A stretch of DNA of 64,000 nucleotides from Podarcis cretensis. Taxonomy: Eukaryota. Every line of letters begins with the position of its first letter. Within the stretch, counting starts at the first letter, position 1. The notes under the pieces are model-generated. The model did no database searches. It worked only from the letters and a program-made list of their open reading frames with translations, and was not told the origin of the DNA. Below are positions 1 to 12,710 of the stretch, in pieces. The position numbers were made by a program, and so were the translations under genes. The stretch spans positions 67,146,001 to 67,210,000 of the forward strand of contig OX638151.1 in assembly GCA_951804945.1 (NCBI GenBank), in the 5' to 3' direction.

Positions 1-1036
1 TGCTTATGGATTGGCACAGCAGTTGTAGGGTTTTGGTTTTTTTAAAAAAAGGTTGCAGTCTAACACTCTGTGTTTGTATAATGTGGCAAGTGCAAGGCAA
101 AATATTCTCAGTTCTACCCACAACATTTATAACATCAGTTTAAATATGTCAAACGCAGGCCAAACACACAGTATGATTTGTAGCTTTTCTCAGAATTGCA
201 CGCCCTTTATGCATTCCCCCCTTTTAATCTTTTTCTTCTAAGTTACACAGGAGCGTGCCATTATTTGTAGCCACTGGAGGAGTATTCTGTACGCAACAAG
301 CCATCTATAAAAACTGTATATAGAGTTCTGCTTTATGTGCAATAATTAATTGGTTCTTTCACACTGACAAATGCTGGTGGCTTTCTTAATTAAATCGTGC
401 AAGTTAAGGAAATTGCATTGTCAGTTTGTTTATTGGTGTATGAAATCCATCTGGCACTGCCTAATATTTTCCTTTTGTATTGTAGTATTTTTTCCTCTTG
501 TAACCACTAGGATGCAAACAGAAACAGTCATACAAAAGATTATTGTATTTGATTGAAGCTGGAAGACTACAACCAGGGCTGCGCTGACAAAGCTTCGCAT
601 TGCTTTTGCTGCAATGCCATGTTTGTTGTTGAATTGCAGGCTGGCTCAATAGGTTTTGCCTGGTTGGTCTCATGGTGCAAGTTCTGATGGGGCAAGTTTA
701 TCCATAAATTTAAACAGATGTATAAGTAAATGTGCACACCTTTACAATAAGGAGATTCTACAGTGAAAGTCCAACATTCAGTCCTATATGAATGCTGATG
801 ATTCCAGATGAATTTCATAAATACCCATAAATATTGGTATAGTGGAGGGGGGAGCACAGCAGGAGCAATGAAATCTTTTGCTGGCTCACCAGGGTAACTG
901 AGAAACCCTTCTTGCTCTGGCAGTAAGTGGTAATAATGATGCTTTCATGATTATTTGTGACAGATTAGCATAGAGGATCTCAGACAGACAAACAAGGAAA
1001 ACAATCAAGCAAAGACTTGAGGTTTTTTTTTTCATT

Positions 1037-4000
1037 TCTTTTTATTGAATTTCACTTAGATAACCAAAAGAGAAAACAAATCAACAATTTCAAAAGAGAT
1101 ATCCAAACATAACATAAAAATAACATCAGTTTCCGTTACAGTTCTTTGTCTTCGCTCTTAAATCTTTTTATCTTTAAATCTTTAAATATTTAAATCTTTC
1201 CTCTACACACCTATTGACCTCCATCCCTCCCGATTTCGGGCTTCTTAATAAAAATACTTTCTTTTTCCTGCAGCTGATAATTGTTAATGGTTTACACATC
1301 GTAAGATCTATATCAAACCTGCTATAGTTTTTAAGTTTCTATAATTCCCATCAATGTATACCCTAAATTTATTCCAGTCACTAATAAACTTTGTATTTTT
1401 TTGGTTTCTGATTTTTTTGTGTCATTTTTGCTAATTCAACAAATTCAAATAATTTTATTTGCCAATCTCTAATCGCTGGGGTGTTTGGACTTTTCCAATT
1501 TTGTGCAATTAATATTCTAGCTGCAACTGTAGCATACTGGAATAATGTCTTATCTTCTTTTTTAATTTCATCCCCAATTATTCCTAGTAGGAAGGCCTCT
1601 GGTCTTTTGGGGAAAGTGTATTTAAATATTTTTTTTAACTCATTATAAATAAGTTCCCAAAATTTCTTCATTTCTTTGCATGTCCACCACATATGGTAGA
1701 AATTGCCTTCTTTGATTTTACACTTCCAGCAGGCCTTATTTCCTGTTTTATACATTTTCCCTAATTTTGCCGGTGTGATGTACCACCTATACATCATCTT
1801 TTCCAAATTTTCTCTGAGTGTGACACATGCCGTGAATTTCATTCCACTAGTCCATAATTTCAACCACTTATCATATTCTATATTGTATCCCAAATCCATT
1901 GCCCATTTTGTCATGACCTCCTTTATTTTTTCATCTTTGGTGTCCCATTCTAATAATATGTTATACATTTTGGATAATAACTTGGATTTACCTTCAATTG
2001 TTTCTATCTGAAATTTAGATTTTTTTTCATTCATCCCTACTTTTTTATCTTCCTTCCATGCTGCATTTATTTGATGGAATTGCAGCCATCCTGTTAATTT
2101 GTCTTTCAACTCCTCTTATGTTCTCAGCTTCCATCCACTTTCTGATCTTATCAGTAGGTCTTCATAGGTCAATCTTTCTCCTTCCATATTTGCTTTTTTG
2201 GTAGTTGAAATGTCGATTGGCGATAACCACCAGGGTGTTTTCCATTCTAAAAGTTTTTTTATTTTTCTCCCAAACTTCATAAAGTGGCCCTCTAATAATA
2301 TGGTTTGAAAAACCTTTGTGTACCTTTTCTTTATTTAGCCACAAATAGGCATGCCAACCGAATCTGTTGTTGAAGCCTTCTAGGTCTAGCAGGTCAGTGT
2401 TTTCCAAATTAATCCAATCTTTGATCCAACAGAGGCAGGAGGCCTCAAAGTATAATTTCAGATTAGGTACTGAGAATCCCCCTCTTTCTTTTCGATCTGT
2501 AAGTAGTTTAAATCTAATTCTCGGTCTTTTCCCTTGCCATATAAATTTTGAAAGAGTTTTTTGCCAATCTGTAAACATTTTGGAGCCTCTAATCACTGGG
2601 ATATTTTGGAACAAAAATAACATTCTTGGGAGTATGTTCATTTTTATTGCCGCCATCCTTCCCGTCCACGAAAGTTTCACTCTATTCCACGTATCTAGAT
2701 CTTTTTAAATCTCCTTCCATGTTGTAAGATAATTATCCTGAATTAAATTTATGTTTTTTGTAGTTAGCCAAATTCCCAAATACTTCATTTTTTTTGCCAC
2801 CTTAATTCCATTCTGTATCTCCAATTTTTCTCTTTCATCTTTTCCCAAATTTTTAGTCAACATTTTTGTCTTTAATTTATTTAATTTGAAACCAAACAGC
2901 TTGCCAAATTCTTCTAACATCTCCAAGGCCTTACTAACACTTTTTTTGCGGATTTTCTAAGGATAACATCAAATCATCTGCGTATGCTTTTAGTTTGTAT
3001 TCTTTCGCTCCTATTTTGATCCCTCGAATCTCTGGTGTTACTCTTATTTTATTCGTGATTACCTCTAGTACCATAATGAATAAAAGCGGGGATAGAGGGC
3101 ATCCCTGTCTTGTTCCTTTTTCAATTTTAAATGAATTTGTTAGATTGTTGTTTATAATCAGTTTAGCAGATTGATTCGTATAGATTGCTTTTATTCCTTC
3201 CATAAACTCGCTCTCTAGCCCTGCTTTCTCCATACTTTTTAGTAGGAACTGCCATGAAACATTGTCGAATGCCTTCTCGGCATCGATGAAAATCAGCGCC
3301 GCAGGTACTTCGTTCTTACATTCCAAATATTCAATGATATTTATGGTATGCCTTACATTATCTTTAAGAAACCTATTTGGAAGGAATCCTGCTTGATCTT
3401 TATGTATTAGATTTACTAGACATTTTTTAAGTCTGCTTGCCATCACCTCCGCAAAGATTTTATAATTGTTATTTAATAGTGATATGGGTCTGTAGTTTTT
3501 AATATTTAATTTATCAGTGTCTGGTTTAGGGATCATCGTAATGTGAGCCTCTTTCCATGTCTCTGGTGCCCTTCCTCCTCTTAATATGTTGTTCATGATG
3601 TCACATAGCACTGGCGTTAGTTGGTTTTCTAATACTTTATAATATTTAGCTGACAATCCGTCTGGTCCTGGGGCTTTCCCTTGTTTCATCTTCCTTATCA
3701 CTTCTTGGATCTCTTCTGCTTTTATGGGGTTATTTAATTGAATTCTTTCTTCCTCTGTTATGGTCTTCCCACAGTAATCTTCTAGATATTTTTCTATTCG
3801 GGTTGTCTCTTCGTCTTCTTTTTTGTACAACTTCTCATAGAATTTGAGGAAATTTTCCTTTATTTCTTTTGGGTCTTCTATCAATTGCTCCTCTATTTTT
3901 ATCTTGTTTATCACGTTTTGTTTTTGCCTTCTTCGCAATTGCCAAGCTAATAGTTTACCTGTTTTGTTAGCTGACTCGAAGTATTTTTGTTTCATTAATT

Positions 4001-4841
4001 TAATTTTCCATTCAATTTCTTGACTTGTTAACATTGAATACTGTGTTTGTAACATTTTTATTATTTGTATATTTTGTTCATCTTTCGGATTTGTTGTTAA
4101 TTTTTTCTCCCATTCTCTTAGCTGACTAAGAATTTCCTCTTTCTTTTGTTCTCTTACTTTCCTCTTATAGCTGTTTTGCTGAATAAAGAACCCTCTTAAA
4201 ACTGCCTTACTGGCGTCCCAGACTATATCCATACTTGTTTCTTTATTAAGATTCAGGCTGAAATAATCTTTTAAGGTGGCTTTGGCTTTTTCAACAACAT
4301 CTTCACTCTCCAATAGATATTCATTCATTCTCCATCTGAACCCGCCTTGTGATGTGCCTTTTATTTCGAAAACTATCGGGTTATGATCAGAGAGGATTCT
4401 AGGTTGGATTTCACACTTTATAGTTCTTAATGTAAGTTCCCTTGAAACCCAGATTTGATCAATTCTGCCCCAGCTCTTATGTGGCTCTGAAAAGAAAGTG
4501 AATTGCTTCTCTATTGGGTGTTTGTATCTCCAGATGTCTATTAAATCTAAATTTTCCTCCAAATTATTAAAGGATCTTGGCAGTTTCCCTTGGTTACGTT
4601 TTTTCTTTTCTGATTGTCTGTCTATTTCTGGTTTCGGCACTCCATTGAAATCTCCTAGTAATATCGTCTTGTTACACTCTAACTCCAGTAAAATTTGTTC
4701 CATTTTCCTAAAAAACTCCAGTTTATTCAAATTCGGGGCATATATGTTTATCACATTAAGTTTTTCACCCTGAAAGTTAATTTGTACCCCCAAAATCCTT
4801 CCTTCATCATCTTTACAGATCACTTTGGGTTCCCATTTGTC
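1037..4841 (-). mobile_element. 5'-truncated L1-clade LINE (partial APE endonuclease, reverse transcriptase, C-terminal Cys/His motif, 3' UTR); ORF2 disrupted
   Basis: ORFs 2934..4892, 2705..2926, 2162..2680 and 1381..2109 are consecutive pieces of ORF2: GDFN and SDH endonuclease motifs, KAPGPDG, NYRPISLLN, GTRQGCPLSP, YADD, CWKC...HMWWTC. AATAAA on the minus strand at 1041-1046. Direct repeat TTTTTTCATT at 1027-1036 and 4842-4851 is a probable TSD. Confidence 0.95.
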
Positions 4842-5048
4842 TTTTTTCATTGTTGAAGCTCCTACTTCATCTGACAGTTTAAACAGGAACACTTCTTTCT
4901 GGAATCTGGAAGTTGCATTTCAGTTTGCTGAAGATCTTTTGTTAAACTCAATGTGAGATCAGTGGTGCCTACTCCCATGGAAGTGTGCACAGGATTATAG
5001 TAATCCTAATAAATTGGGTATTGTGCTCTATACTCCTGTTCTTTCTCA

Positions 5049-5056
5049 GGTGGGGG

Positions 5057-5095
<39 letters not shown>

Positions 5096-5144
5096 AGGGA
5101 GAAAGAGAGAGAGAGAGGGAGGGAGGGAGGGAGGGAGGGAGAGA
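5049..5144. repeat. Compound polypurine microsatellite (GA)n/(GGGA)n
   Basis: Directly visible. Confidence 0.95.
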
Positions 5145-7524
5145 CTGTGATTTCTTAGAAGCCATCTTGGCCTTAAGTGGTATATAACAATGTCAAGGTC
5201 CTTGACCCAGGTGGGCTTTGATTGGCTGGTGGCTCTGTTGGGTCAATAGATTGGGTGCCACATGTACATGGAAATTGCCTGGGATTGGAGAATGAATAAG
5301 CAAGGTGGCAATGGCAGGGAAATGGGGGCTGACAACATGTGAGATAGCAACCTTTCTTTAGTGTGTGTATTAGGAACTTGGAAGGAATGGGGGGCTAGGG
5401 AGATGGGGTAATCTAAAAGTGACAGGCTTGTGTAAGAGGGTCGACCCTGCCTTTTATTTAGACTTCACAAATCAAGATTCATGTGTAGAATCTTATTTCC
5501 TGCTTTTAATGTAAGTGTCACATTGCTGTTATCAAATTAGGATATTGGTGCACTCTTAATCCTGTAATTAGAATAGTGATCATGAAGTATGAACAGGAGG
5601 TTAACTGGTTGCACTGGAAAATCCAGTTGTATGATTTGTCTTTGGTGTTTCATCCACTCCTGAGCAAGAGTTCTGTTCATGTGGAACTTGAAGAGTTGTA
5701 AAAATAAAAAAGGAAGGAAAGTAAATTCTTCCAGGTTTTTTGTTTTTTGTTTTAAATGGCATTACAAAACATCTTTTGAGCTAGTGTAGTGTTTTAATGG
5801 CTGAGAGCCAAAACAAATTTGATACTTGTCATGAATAGCCAGCATGGGGGTGGGGGGAAGCCAGATCTGGCGTGGGGCTTTAATCTTTTGTTCCCCACCT
5901 CAGTTCTAATTTGAACTGCAGCATAGGAGGAAATGGTTAAAGCTCTCTCGACACCATGGTCTTGATCCATCCTGCTTTGTTTTCCTTTCTTAAATCAACA
6001 ACACAAGAGCAGACTGCATGACAGATGTCACATCTAGTCTGTCCCTGACACACGACTTAGGAACACTCATTCTCTCTCTGTCTCAGCCTCTCCCAATCTG
6101 CAATATGGGGATGATCACACTTAATTTCTTGCAGGTTGCTTTAATTATTAGTGCAATAACAGATGTGAAGCATGTCAAACACTCAGAAAGTATGTGGTGT
6201 TTGGTGGTATTATAATATTTTAATTTTTGTTTGTGTTCATAAACTTTGAAGAAATGTGAGGAATGTTTTTCTGCACAGTATCACTCTTGATGTGGGTGTA
6301 AACATGGAAAACCGAATGCTACCCACTGTCTAATGTGGATGTCTTGATTATTTTGTCAAATCACTTTTGCACGAGCCATTTAGTTTAATCAGTGCAATAA
6401 AGGTCACTACAGCTTCAGTTTGTCAGTGATGATTATTGTTAATGGAGTTCACCCCAATTACCGTTGAAATCACACTTTGTGAAGACAGCAACACTTTTCA
6501 GCTTTAGATGATCTTGGTCACGAAGAAAAGCTAAAAAAAGGCATGAAATAATTACTGAAAGGTGGCGTTGATAGTTTGGTGTAAAATGCACATTTCAAAT
6601 TTGTGTGCTTTCAGCAGACTGCCTGAGATGGTTGTAAACAACTATGAATTGTTGGTTAAATACTTTAAAATATGATGATGAACTTAACATGAAAAATTGT
6701 GAGATGAGATGATTTGAGATGAGGAAAACCAACTTTAAAAATTGGTTATGCTCAGCAGACAACATGACATCCAAATTCACATCGTATTTGAGTACATGCC
6801 CAAATTATAAAAGAAACGTATCAGTTGAGAATGATATGCTTCAGTAATTAAAGCAGCAACAAGAGTGATGTTTGGATCCCTTTCGGAGCTTGAAGTATGG
6901 GTACCCCCAATAAAATTTTAAAAAATCTGGCTGTATAATTTGGAACTAATGTGATTTGGAATTAATGTGATTTGATTGGTCTGTTAATAAAAATTATTTG
7001 GAAAAAAAGAGAATGATAAGCTTCAAATTTACAATAGTTAACTGAATAGCTGGCAAGGGAAGGATTAGAACCCACTTCACACATCATTGTCTTTTCTTGA
7101 GAAGCAATTGCTTAACAAAAGATGCACCATTCTCAAGTGATGTGTGTGCAGCCTATGTGCATCCTAGTGTTCATTTCAAAAATCTGGCCAATACATATTT
7201 AATGTTGTTGCTTAACCAGGGGGCAAGGAAGAAGAACAACGTTTATCGGGAGTCACACACAGTTAAATTTTACCTATGTTTTGTAAAGAAGCTTGGTTAA
7301 TTAAATCACCCATATGGTTTGGTAACGCAACACACTTTCCTCAACAATTACATTGACCAGTCTCTCTTTGCTTTGGCATTAACAGATTGCTTTCATCTGT
7401 TTCTCCTGGACATATGGCTATGATTAATCTTATGAATTATATTTTGATTGCAGCTAATTCTATCGATAACTTCTGTCACTAAAGGTCATTGTCAACTAGA
7501 GAAGGCTGAGCTTTCTGTATGAAG

Positions 7525-7730
7525 CACGTGTGGAAGCAGGCAGAGATCCTAGGGGATTAAATAGGATTGTCAGGGAGTAAGGGAGCTTAGGATGGCATTA
7601 ACTGGGATGGTAAGCTGAGATGCTAGTTGACAAGGCTGAACTGTACAGGGCCAACAGAGTCCACCCCTGGGACATGGGTAACAGTTATCTTCTTGGCAGA
7701 TTCTCAGAGGGATCTGCAAGATCTTACATA
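7525..7730 (+). mobile_element. Decayed SGNH-hydrolase C-terminal coding remnant, probably from a Ngaro/DIRS-type tyrosine-recombinase retrotransposon
   Basis: Reads VW..RDPRGLNR...LYRANRVHPWDMGN then, after a frameshift, IFLADSQRDLQDL. This resembles the LYRxDGVHLSDxGNDIFLxD end of element-borne SGNH domains. Confidence 0.5.
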
Positions 7731-8275
7731 GCGATGGTGAGAAAGAGGGGGAACTGGCTGGTGGGTGCAGGTCAGGATTGTAAGGTGATTTCAGGGTGGG
7801 TGTCGGGAGCAGGTGAGCAAGGTGTCAGTGAACACTTCCTTCAGTGAAACAAAAACAGAACAGGCCCAGTAGATCTTACTCCAATGAGCCAGTGGCAAGG
7901 ACAGAAGGTCCCTTCTTTCCCACAGTTCCCCAAGTCTCCTCCTTCCTCCAGGTCCTTCCCAAGCAATCTAAGACTGATGCCTTGTCACCGCTGCAGGTTC
8001 TGGGAGATCAGGGGTGGGGAGCTGATCACAGCAGGAGAGAAGACCCCCCCCCCCTGCTTCTTCAGCAGCCTACCTCATCTCTGCCTCTTGCCCCCCCTTC
8101 TGCCTCCAATTGCCCAGCAATGGCCCCAGATGTAAGTGAACAGCTTGGGAATTTGGGGGATAAGGCTTGTGACCCACCCCCATCCCTCTCTGTAATTTAA
8201 CCCTTCCCGTTGGGGATGGTGAATCCTTGCTTGCCCAAGTAGTGCCTGAAAGAGGAAAGTGCCTGAAAGAGGAAC

Positions 8276-8397
8276 AGGCAGCCCTGTTTAGGGAAGTTTT
8301 TAAAGTCTGATCTTTTACTGTGTTTTTAATATCCTGCTGGAAGCCACCCAGAGTGGCTGGGGAAACCCAGCCAGATGGTCGTGGTATAAATAATATA
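8276..8397 (+). mobile_element. L2 LINE 3'-end fragment whose microsatellite tail is interrupted by a MITE
   Basis: AGGCAGCCCTGTTTAGGGAAGTTTTTAA...CCCAGAGTGGCTGGGGAA...GGTATAAATAA matches the reverse complement of the L2 3' end at about 56470-56587. The tail resumes at 8636. Confidence 0.85.
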
Positions 8398-8635
8398 CAG
8401 TGGTACCTCGGGTTACATTCGCTTCAAGTTACATACGCTTCAGGTTACACACTCCACTAAGCCAGAATAGTGCTTCAGGTTAAGAACTTTGCTTCAGGAT
8501 AAGAACAGAAATCGGGCTCCGGTGCGGCGGCAGCAGGAGGCCCCATTAGCTAAAGTGGTGCTTCAGGTTAAGAACAGTTTCAGGTTAAGTACGGACCTCC
8601 GGAACGAATTAAGTGCTTAACCCGAGGTAGCACTG
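8398..8635. mobile_element. Tc1/mariner (Tigger/pogo-like) MITE, 238 bp
   Basis: TIRs CAGTGGTACCTCGGGTTA / TAACCCGAGGTAGCACTG; TA duplication at 8396-8397 and 8636-8637; internal CTTCAGGTTA repeats. Confidence 0.92.
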
Positions 8636-8671
8636 TATTATTATTACTACTACTACTACTATTATTACTAT

Positions 8672-8702
<31 letters not shown>
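8636..8702. repeat. (TAT/TAC)n microsatellite, tail of the L2 fragment
   Basis: Directly visible. Confidence 0.9.
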
Positions 8703-8704
<2 letters not shown>

Positions 8705-9664
8705 AGGAACCAAGTATTAAAGCATATTTCCCTCTGTAGTTTAATATAAGTTTAGACAGGCCCATGGTGGGACAGAGGTAAGGTGCAGGGAGGGTTGAGC
8801 TGTGTAAGGCTTGTTCTACGTGTCCTTTATCACTGTGTCATGCCAGCAATTATCACCTTGAAATTCCAATATTACAATGTAGCTAAGCATTTAACTGCAC
8901 CTTGATGATTCTTGTTGGCAGTGTCAGTGTGATGAAAATGTCACTGCCAGAGCAAAATATATACTGCTGAGTTTAAAAACAAACAGCTCTTTCCCCCTCC
9001 CTCCGTAGTGTACATTGGTTTTAGAAATTGAAGTATTCAACAGTGCCTTGTAAGGCAGTAAATAAAAGATAAACAGGAAGGGGAGAAAGAAAAATCATGG
9101 CTGTTAGTAAAGGATTGTTCTACATAGCTTTCAAGTGCAAGATGAATAGCGCCGGAGTTGCCTAGATATTCTGACATTGACTAAATTTATTGTTGAACAA
9201 AAGCCTCACATTTTTGCACATCCAAAGGCTTGTTTTACAGCACGGAGATGGCTTATGAAATTTTTCTTTCTTTTTTGTTTGCATTGCCCTTGTTCATCAT
9301 TTACTTTTGTCAGCGCTATGACTGTAGACTTGGTGGGGTTTTTTGAGTGCAGGGAGAAAAAAACTAAACCAAAGACAACTAGAAGGATGTGCTGTGCGCT
9401 GTGCCAAGACTGTCATTATTCAGTACCATGTATTGTTTTGCAGTACAGTGCCTTTTGTTGTACAATGAATTAATAGTAACGGGAAGCATTTTAATTAGGC
9501 AGGAGAAGAATGAGAATGCAACATTTAGAACTGCACACAACCTCACACTGCTTTTTTTGAGAGTGGCATTTGCTTCGCCATTAAGTGTGGATAATGAGAC
9601 ACACACATATTCTTTAAAAGCTAATTCTTAACACACACATACATACATACACACACACAAGCAC

Positions 9665-9841
9665 TTAATAGCCTGTTGGATCATGCCAGGGTCACATGTA
9701 GGACAGCATCCTGTTGCTGCCAAGCAGATGCCAAGAAGATGTTTAAGAAGTCAGCAAGCAGGACCTGAGCACAATAGCACTCTAGCCACCTGTGGTTTCC
9801 AGGAACTGGTAATCAGAAGCATTCTGCCTCCAACAGTGGAG
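9665..9841 (-). mobile_element. Old CR1-type LINE 3' fragment
   Basis: Similar to other copies in the window at about 13150-13285 (+), 19707-19950 (+), 29430-29635 (-), 49845-49965 (+) and 59040-59220 (-), sharing the GCAGGACCTGAGCACAATAGCACTCT-like and CATTCTGCCTC segments. Confidence 0.6.
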
Positions 9842-9844
9842 CTT

Positions 9845-10028
9845 GTTCCACCTTTCCTCCAATGAGGTCAAGGCAGCACACATGATCCCCCACCTCTTTT
9901 ATCCTTGGAAGGACCATATTAAGATGAGAGATAATGTCTAGTTTAAAGTCACGCTGTGAGCTTCATGGGTGAATAGGGATTTGAACCTGGGTCTTTCCAG
10001 ACATAGTCCAACACTCAACCACCACACC
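9845..10028 (-). mobile_element. Old tRNA-derived SINE (MIR/Squam3-like)
   Basis: Minus strand shows an A-box-like GGTGTGGTGGTT and a B box CCAGGTTCAAATCCC. A related 3' piece lies at about 53040-53160. Confidence 0.6.
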
Positions 10029-10823
10029 TCTTGTTGGTAATGCTGACCTTCAACATGATGGCCGTGAATGGGGGGGGCCGGGAAATGGTTCTGGTACTAC
10101 TTGGCTGATGCTTTTAGGAACTTCAATCTCACCTGTTGGATGTCTGGATTGGATTACCCGTAAGCCCAGGAAGACCCTGTGGGCTGCACAGCTGATTTAT
10201 ATCTAGAGTTGTCTAGATGCACATGGGAGTTTTGGACAGGAGTAGACTTTAATAATCTTCTGTAATATGGTGCCCTGTGAAGGCAAAAATTGGAGCCCCC
10301 AAATGGATCTTCTAAGTGGATTGACTTGGCACCCTGCACAGAAGAGCAGCCCTAAATCCAGTGCTGCTTTGGAAGTAATCATTCCTCAGACATTAGATCT
10401 GTTTCTGTGACATGTGGTAGCTGTTCCGATATACTATTGTGTCAGGGGCTCAAGCGTGACTCTCTCTGCAGAGTGCATCTCATTTTCTTCTCCTCCACTT
10501 TTTCACCCCGGGGCATACGGCTTCTTGATGTTATCTTCCGTGTATGAATTGTTCCTCTTCACATTAGCTGTGTGTTACTATGAAGGGTTAATCAATGTTT
10601 TCTGTGGAATTGCTTTAGTCTGCCACATCCCTACTTGCTTAAGGGCAGCACAAATGTTGGCACATTGTTTCATGTTATTTTCTGATGTGGTCTCAGGCAA
10701 TATACATTTTATATGCAAAGAATATATAGAATCTCTCTGTGATGCACATGTTTCAACAAAGAAGGTACATTGAAGATCTCCAGGAGAAGCATATCTAGTC
10801 ATTTTGCTGTAATTACTTCGCAG

Positions 10824-10929
10824 CAGGGTTGACAAACATGACATCCCCCAGATGCTGTGTGCTACAACTCCTGTGCATTAGTCATGCTGGCTGGGGATAA
10901 TGGGAATTGTAGTCCACAACATCTGGATG

Positions 10930-10970
<41 letters not shown>
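10824..10970. mobile_element. Short non-autonomous hAT-like element with CTACAACTCC/GGGAATTGTAG internal inverted repeat, ending in (AC)n at 10933-10970
   Basis: The same internal motifs recur at about 23030-23170, 23900-24030, 40140-40280, 59600-59700 and 62420-62560. Confidence 0.55.
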
Positions 10971-10972
<2 letters not shown>

Positions 10973-11070
10973 TTCTAACTAAAACGATGCTCCCTTTTGA
11001 TTTAGTTACCCAAAGGTTTTCCCAGCTTGTGTTCATCTCTGTGCTGGGTAGTGGCTTGGTTATCACATAT

Positions 11071-11190
11071 TAAAAGTAAAAGGTAAACGACCCCTGGATG
11101 GTTAAGTCCAGTCATAGGTGACTATAGGGTTGCGGCGCTTATCTCGCTTTCAGGCCAAGGGAGCCAGCGTTTGTCCACAGACAGCTTTTT
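11071..11190 (-). mobile_element. Sauria SINE (Squam1-like) 3' fragment
   Basis: Minus strand reads CTGTGGACAAACGCTGGCTCCCTTGGCCTGAAAGCGAGAT...GACTGGACTTAACC...GGGGTCGTTTACCTTT, with the TTTACC-type tail typical of this SINE. Confidence 0.75.
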
Positions 11191-12559
11191 ACTAGGCAGA
11201 GCAAATATCATATACCCAGCCATGTGACAACTTTCTTTAAAAAAAACCTGTCACTGATATAGAATTCAGTTGCAATTCTGAAGTTATTTCCATGGAAGGA
11301 AGAGAGGCAGGCTGGACACAACGTTTCTGCAGTTTCCTTGCTAGCCCCTGTTTTAGCTTTTTTGGACATCTCTGTGTCCTTGCTTTCTGGAGGCTGGGAA
11401 AAGAGTGTCTCAAATGCCACCTGGGGTTTCTTTGGGATATAAATTTAATAAATAACAACAATTGGAGCCCCTGAAGAGAGAGGAAATTCATGAATGGAAA
11501 ATATCTGTCCTTTCATTCATCCTGTAGCCCTCTACATCCTCTAGAAAGTAGCTCTGGAGAGTTGGGCCCCTTCTGAACAATGGGATTTGGGGAGCTGGTG
11601 GGTGAGAAGGGAATCATCTAGAATAATGGATCCTAATATAAACTAACAAGGAAGATCATGGAAGGAAAACTTTCCATCCACTGCCCTTTCCCATTGCATG
11701 TTCTTCAGGAGAGGTCTTTGAAGCTCAGGGGATGATGAATTCACCTTAGGATTCAAGCTATTGATTTAAACTGAACAGCATCAGCTTCAATCTCTATTAT
11801 TGATAGGAGAAATTCATAGTGGATTCACACTAAAATACAAAATATTTCTTGATTTGGATATAAGTTGGAAATTGAAAGCTATTTTTATGCCCACAACCTG
11901 GATCAGTTTTGATATCAGGCAGAGGGAAGAGGTGCTTCTGCATAGTTAGTACAACTGTGGGGAAAGCAAATATTAAGTTGCAATTAAACTTTGATTTTTT
12001 AGAACTTGTACTTTTGATTGATAGAGGTGTCCCTTGGGTAGTGTACATCTCCCCTCCCTCCCAGTGAAGGCATTTATTGTGACTGGGAGATTTGTAATAT
12101 GAATGGAGATGGTTGCTCAACAAGTACCCCACCCCTGTCACCCATCTCGGTATGTCAGAGAGTAGATAGATAAGAACACCACTCATTATCTTAGGTCTGA
12201 ATTTGGCTAGAATCTAGAAAATGACAATCTTGTTTGCCAATCTTGTTTCAGGCCACTTGATATCTTCCCTCTTCAAAGACAGCCTGCCTTCAATTAAATG
12301 CAGCTAAGAAGTTCTTTGGCCTTGTGAACATATAACCTAGGCTGTGGAAGAAAGAACAATTACTAGTTCCTTCTGAATAGCTATTTCACACAACTTTCTT
12401 TTGAAGACTCTCTCTGATTATTTTAATTATCTTGGAACTCTTCAGAAATGATGGCAATGATGCTGTAGCATAAGGTACATCTACTTAGGCTTGTTTTTCC
12501 ATGGGTAATTTTTATCCATTGCTAACTATGCTTTTAGGTTTCTTTTTTTTAAAAAAAAC

Positions 12560-12710
12560 CTAAACTTCTATACCACCCTTTATCTGAAGATTACAAAGCA
12601 GTTCACAACAAACAAAATGAGAAAAAGAAAATAAACAATAAAACAAAAACAAACGAATAACCCTCCCTCTCACAAACACATTTAAAAGCCTATAGAATGT
12701 ATTAATATTT
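12560..12710 (-). mobile_element. L2-type LINE 3' end
   Basis: Reverse complement matches the copy at 34790-35030 (ATTCTAT..CTTTTAAATGT...GTGAACTGC...GATxAAGGGxGGTATAGAA). Confidence 0.6.

Noticed and set aside
2934-4892. 652-aa ORF as an independent or domesticated gene
   Set aside because: It is a 5'-truncated L1 ORF2 piece. The start comes from flanking DNA and it ends by frameshift just after YADD.
8241-8274. 17-bp tandem duplication AGTGCCTGAAAGAGGAA as a regulatory repeat
   Set aside because: Only two copies, directly at the 5' junction of the L2 fragment; most likely an insertion or repair scar.
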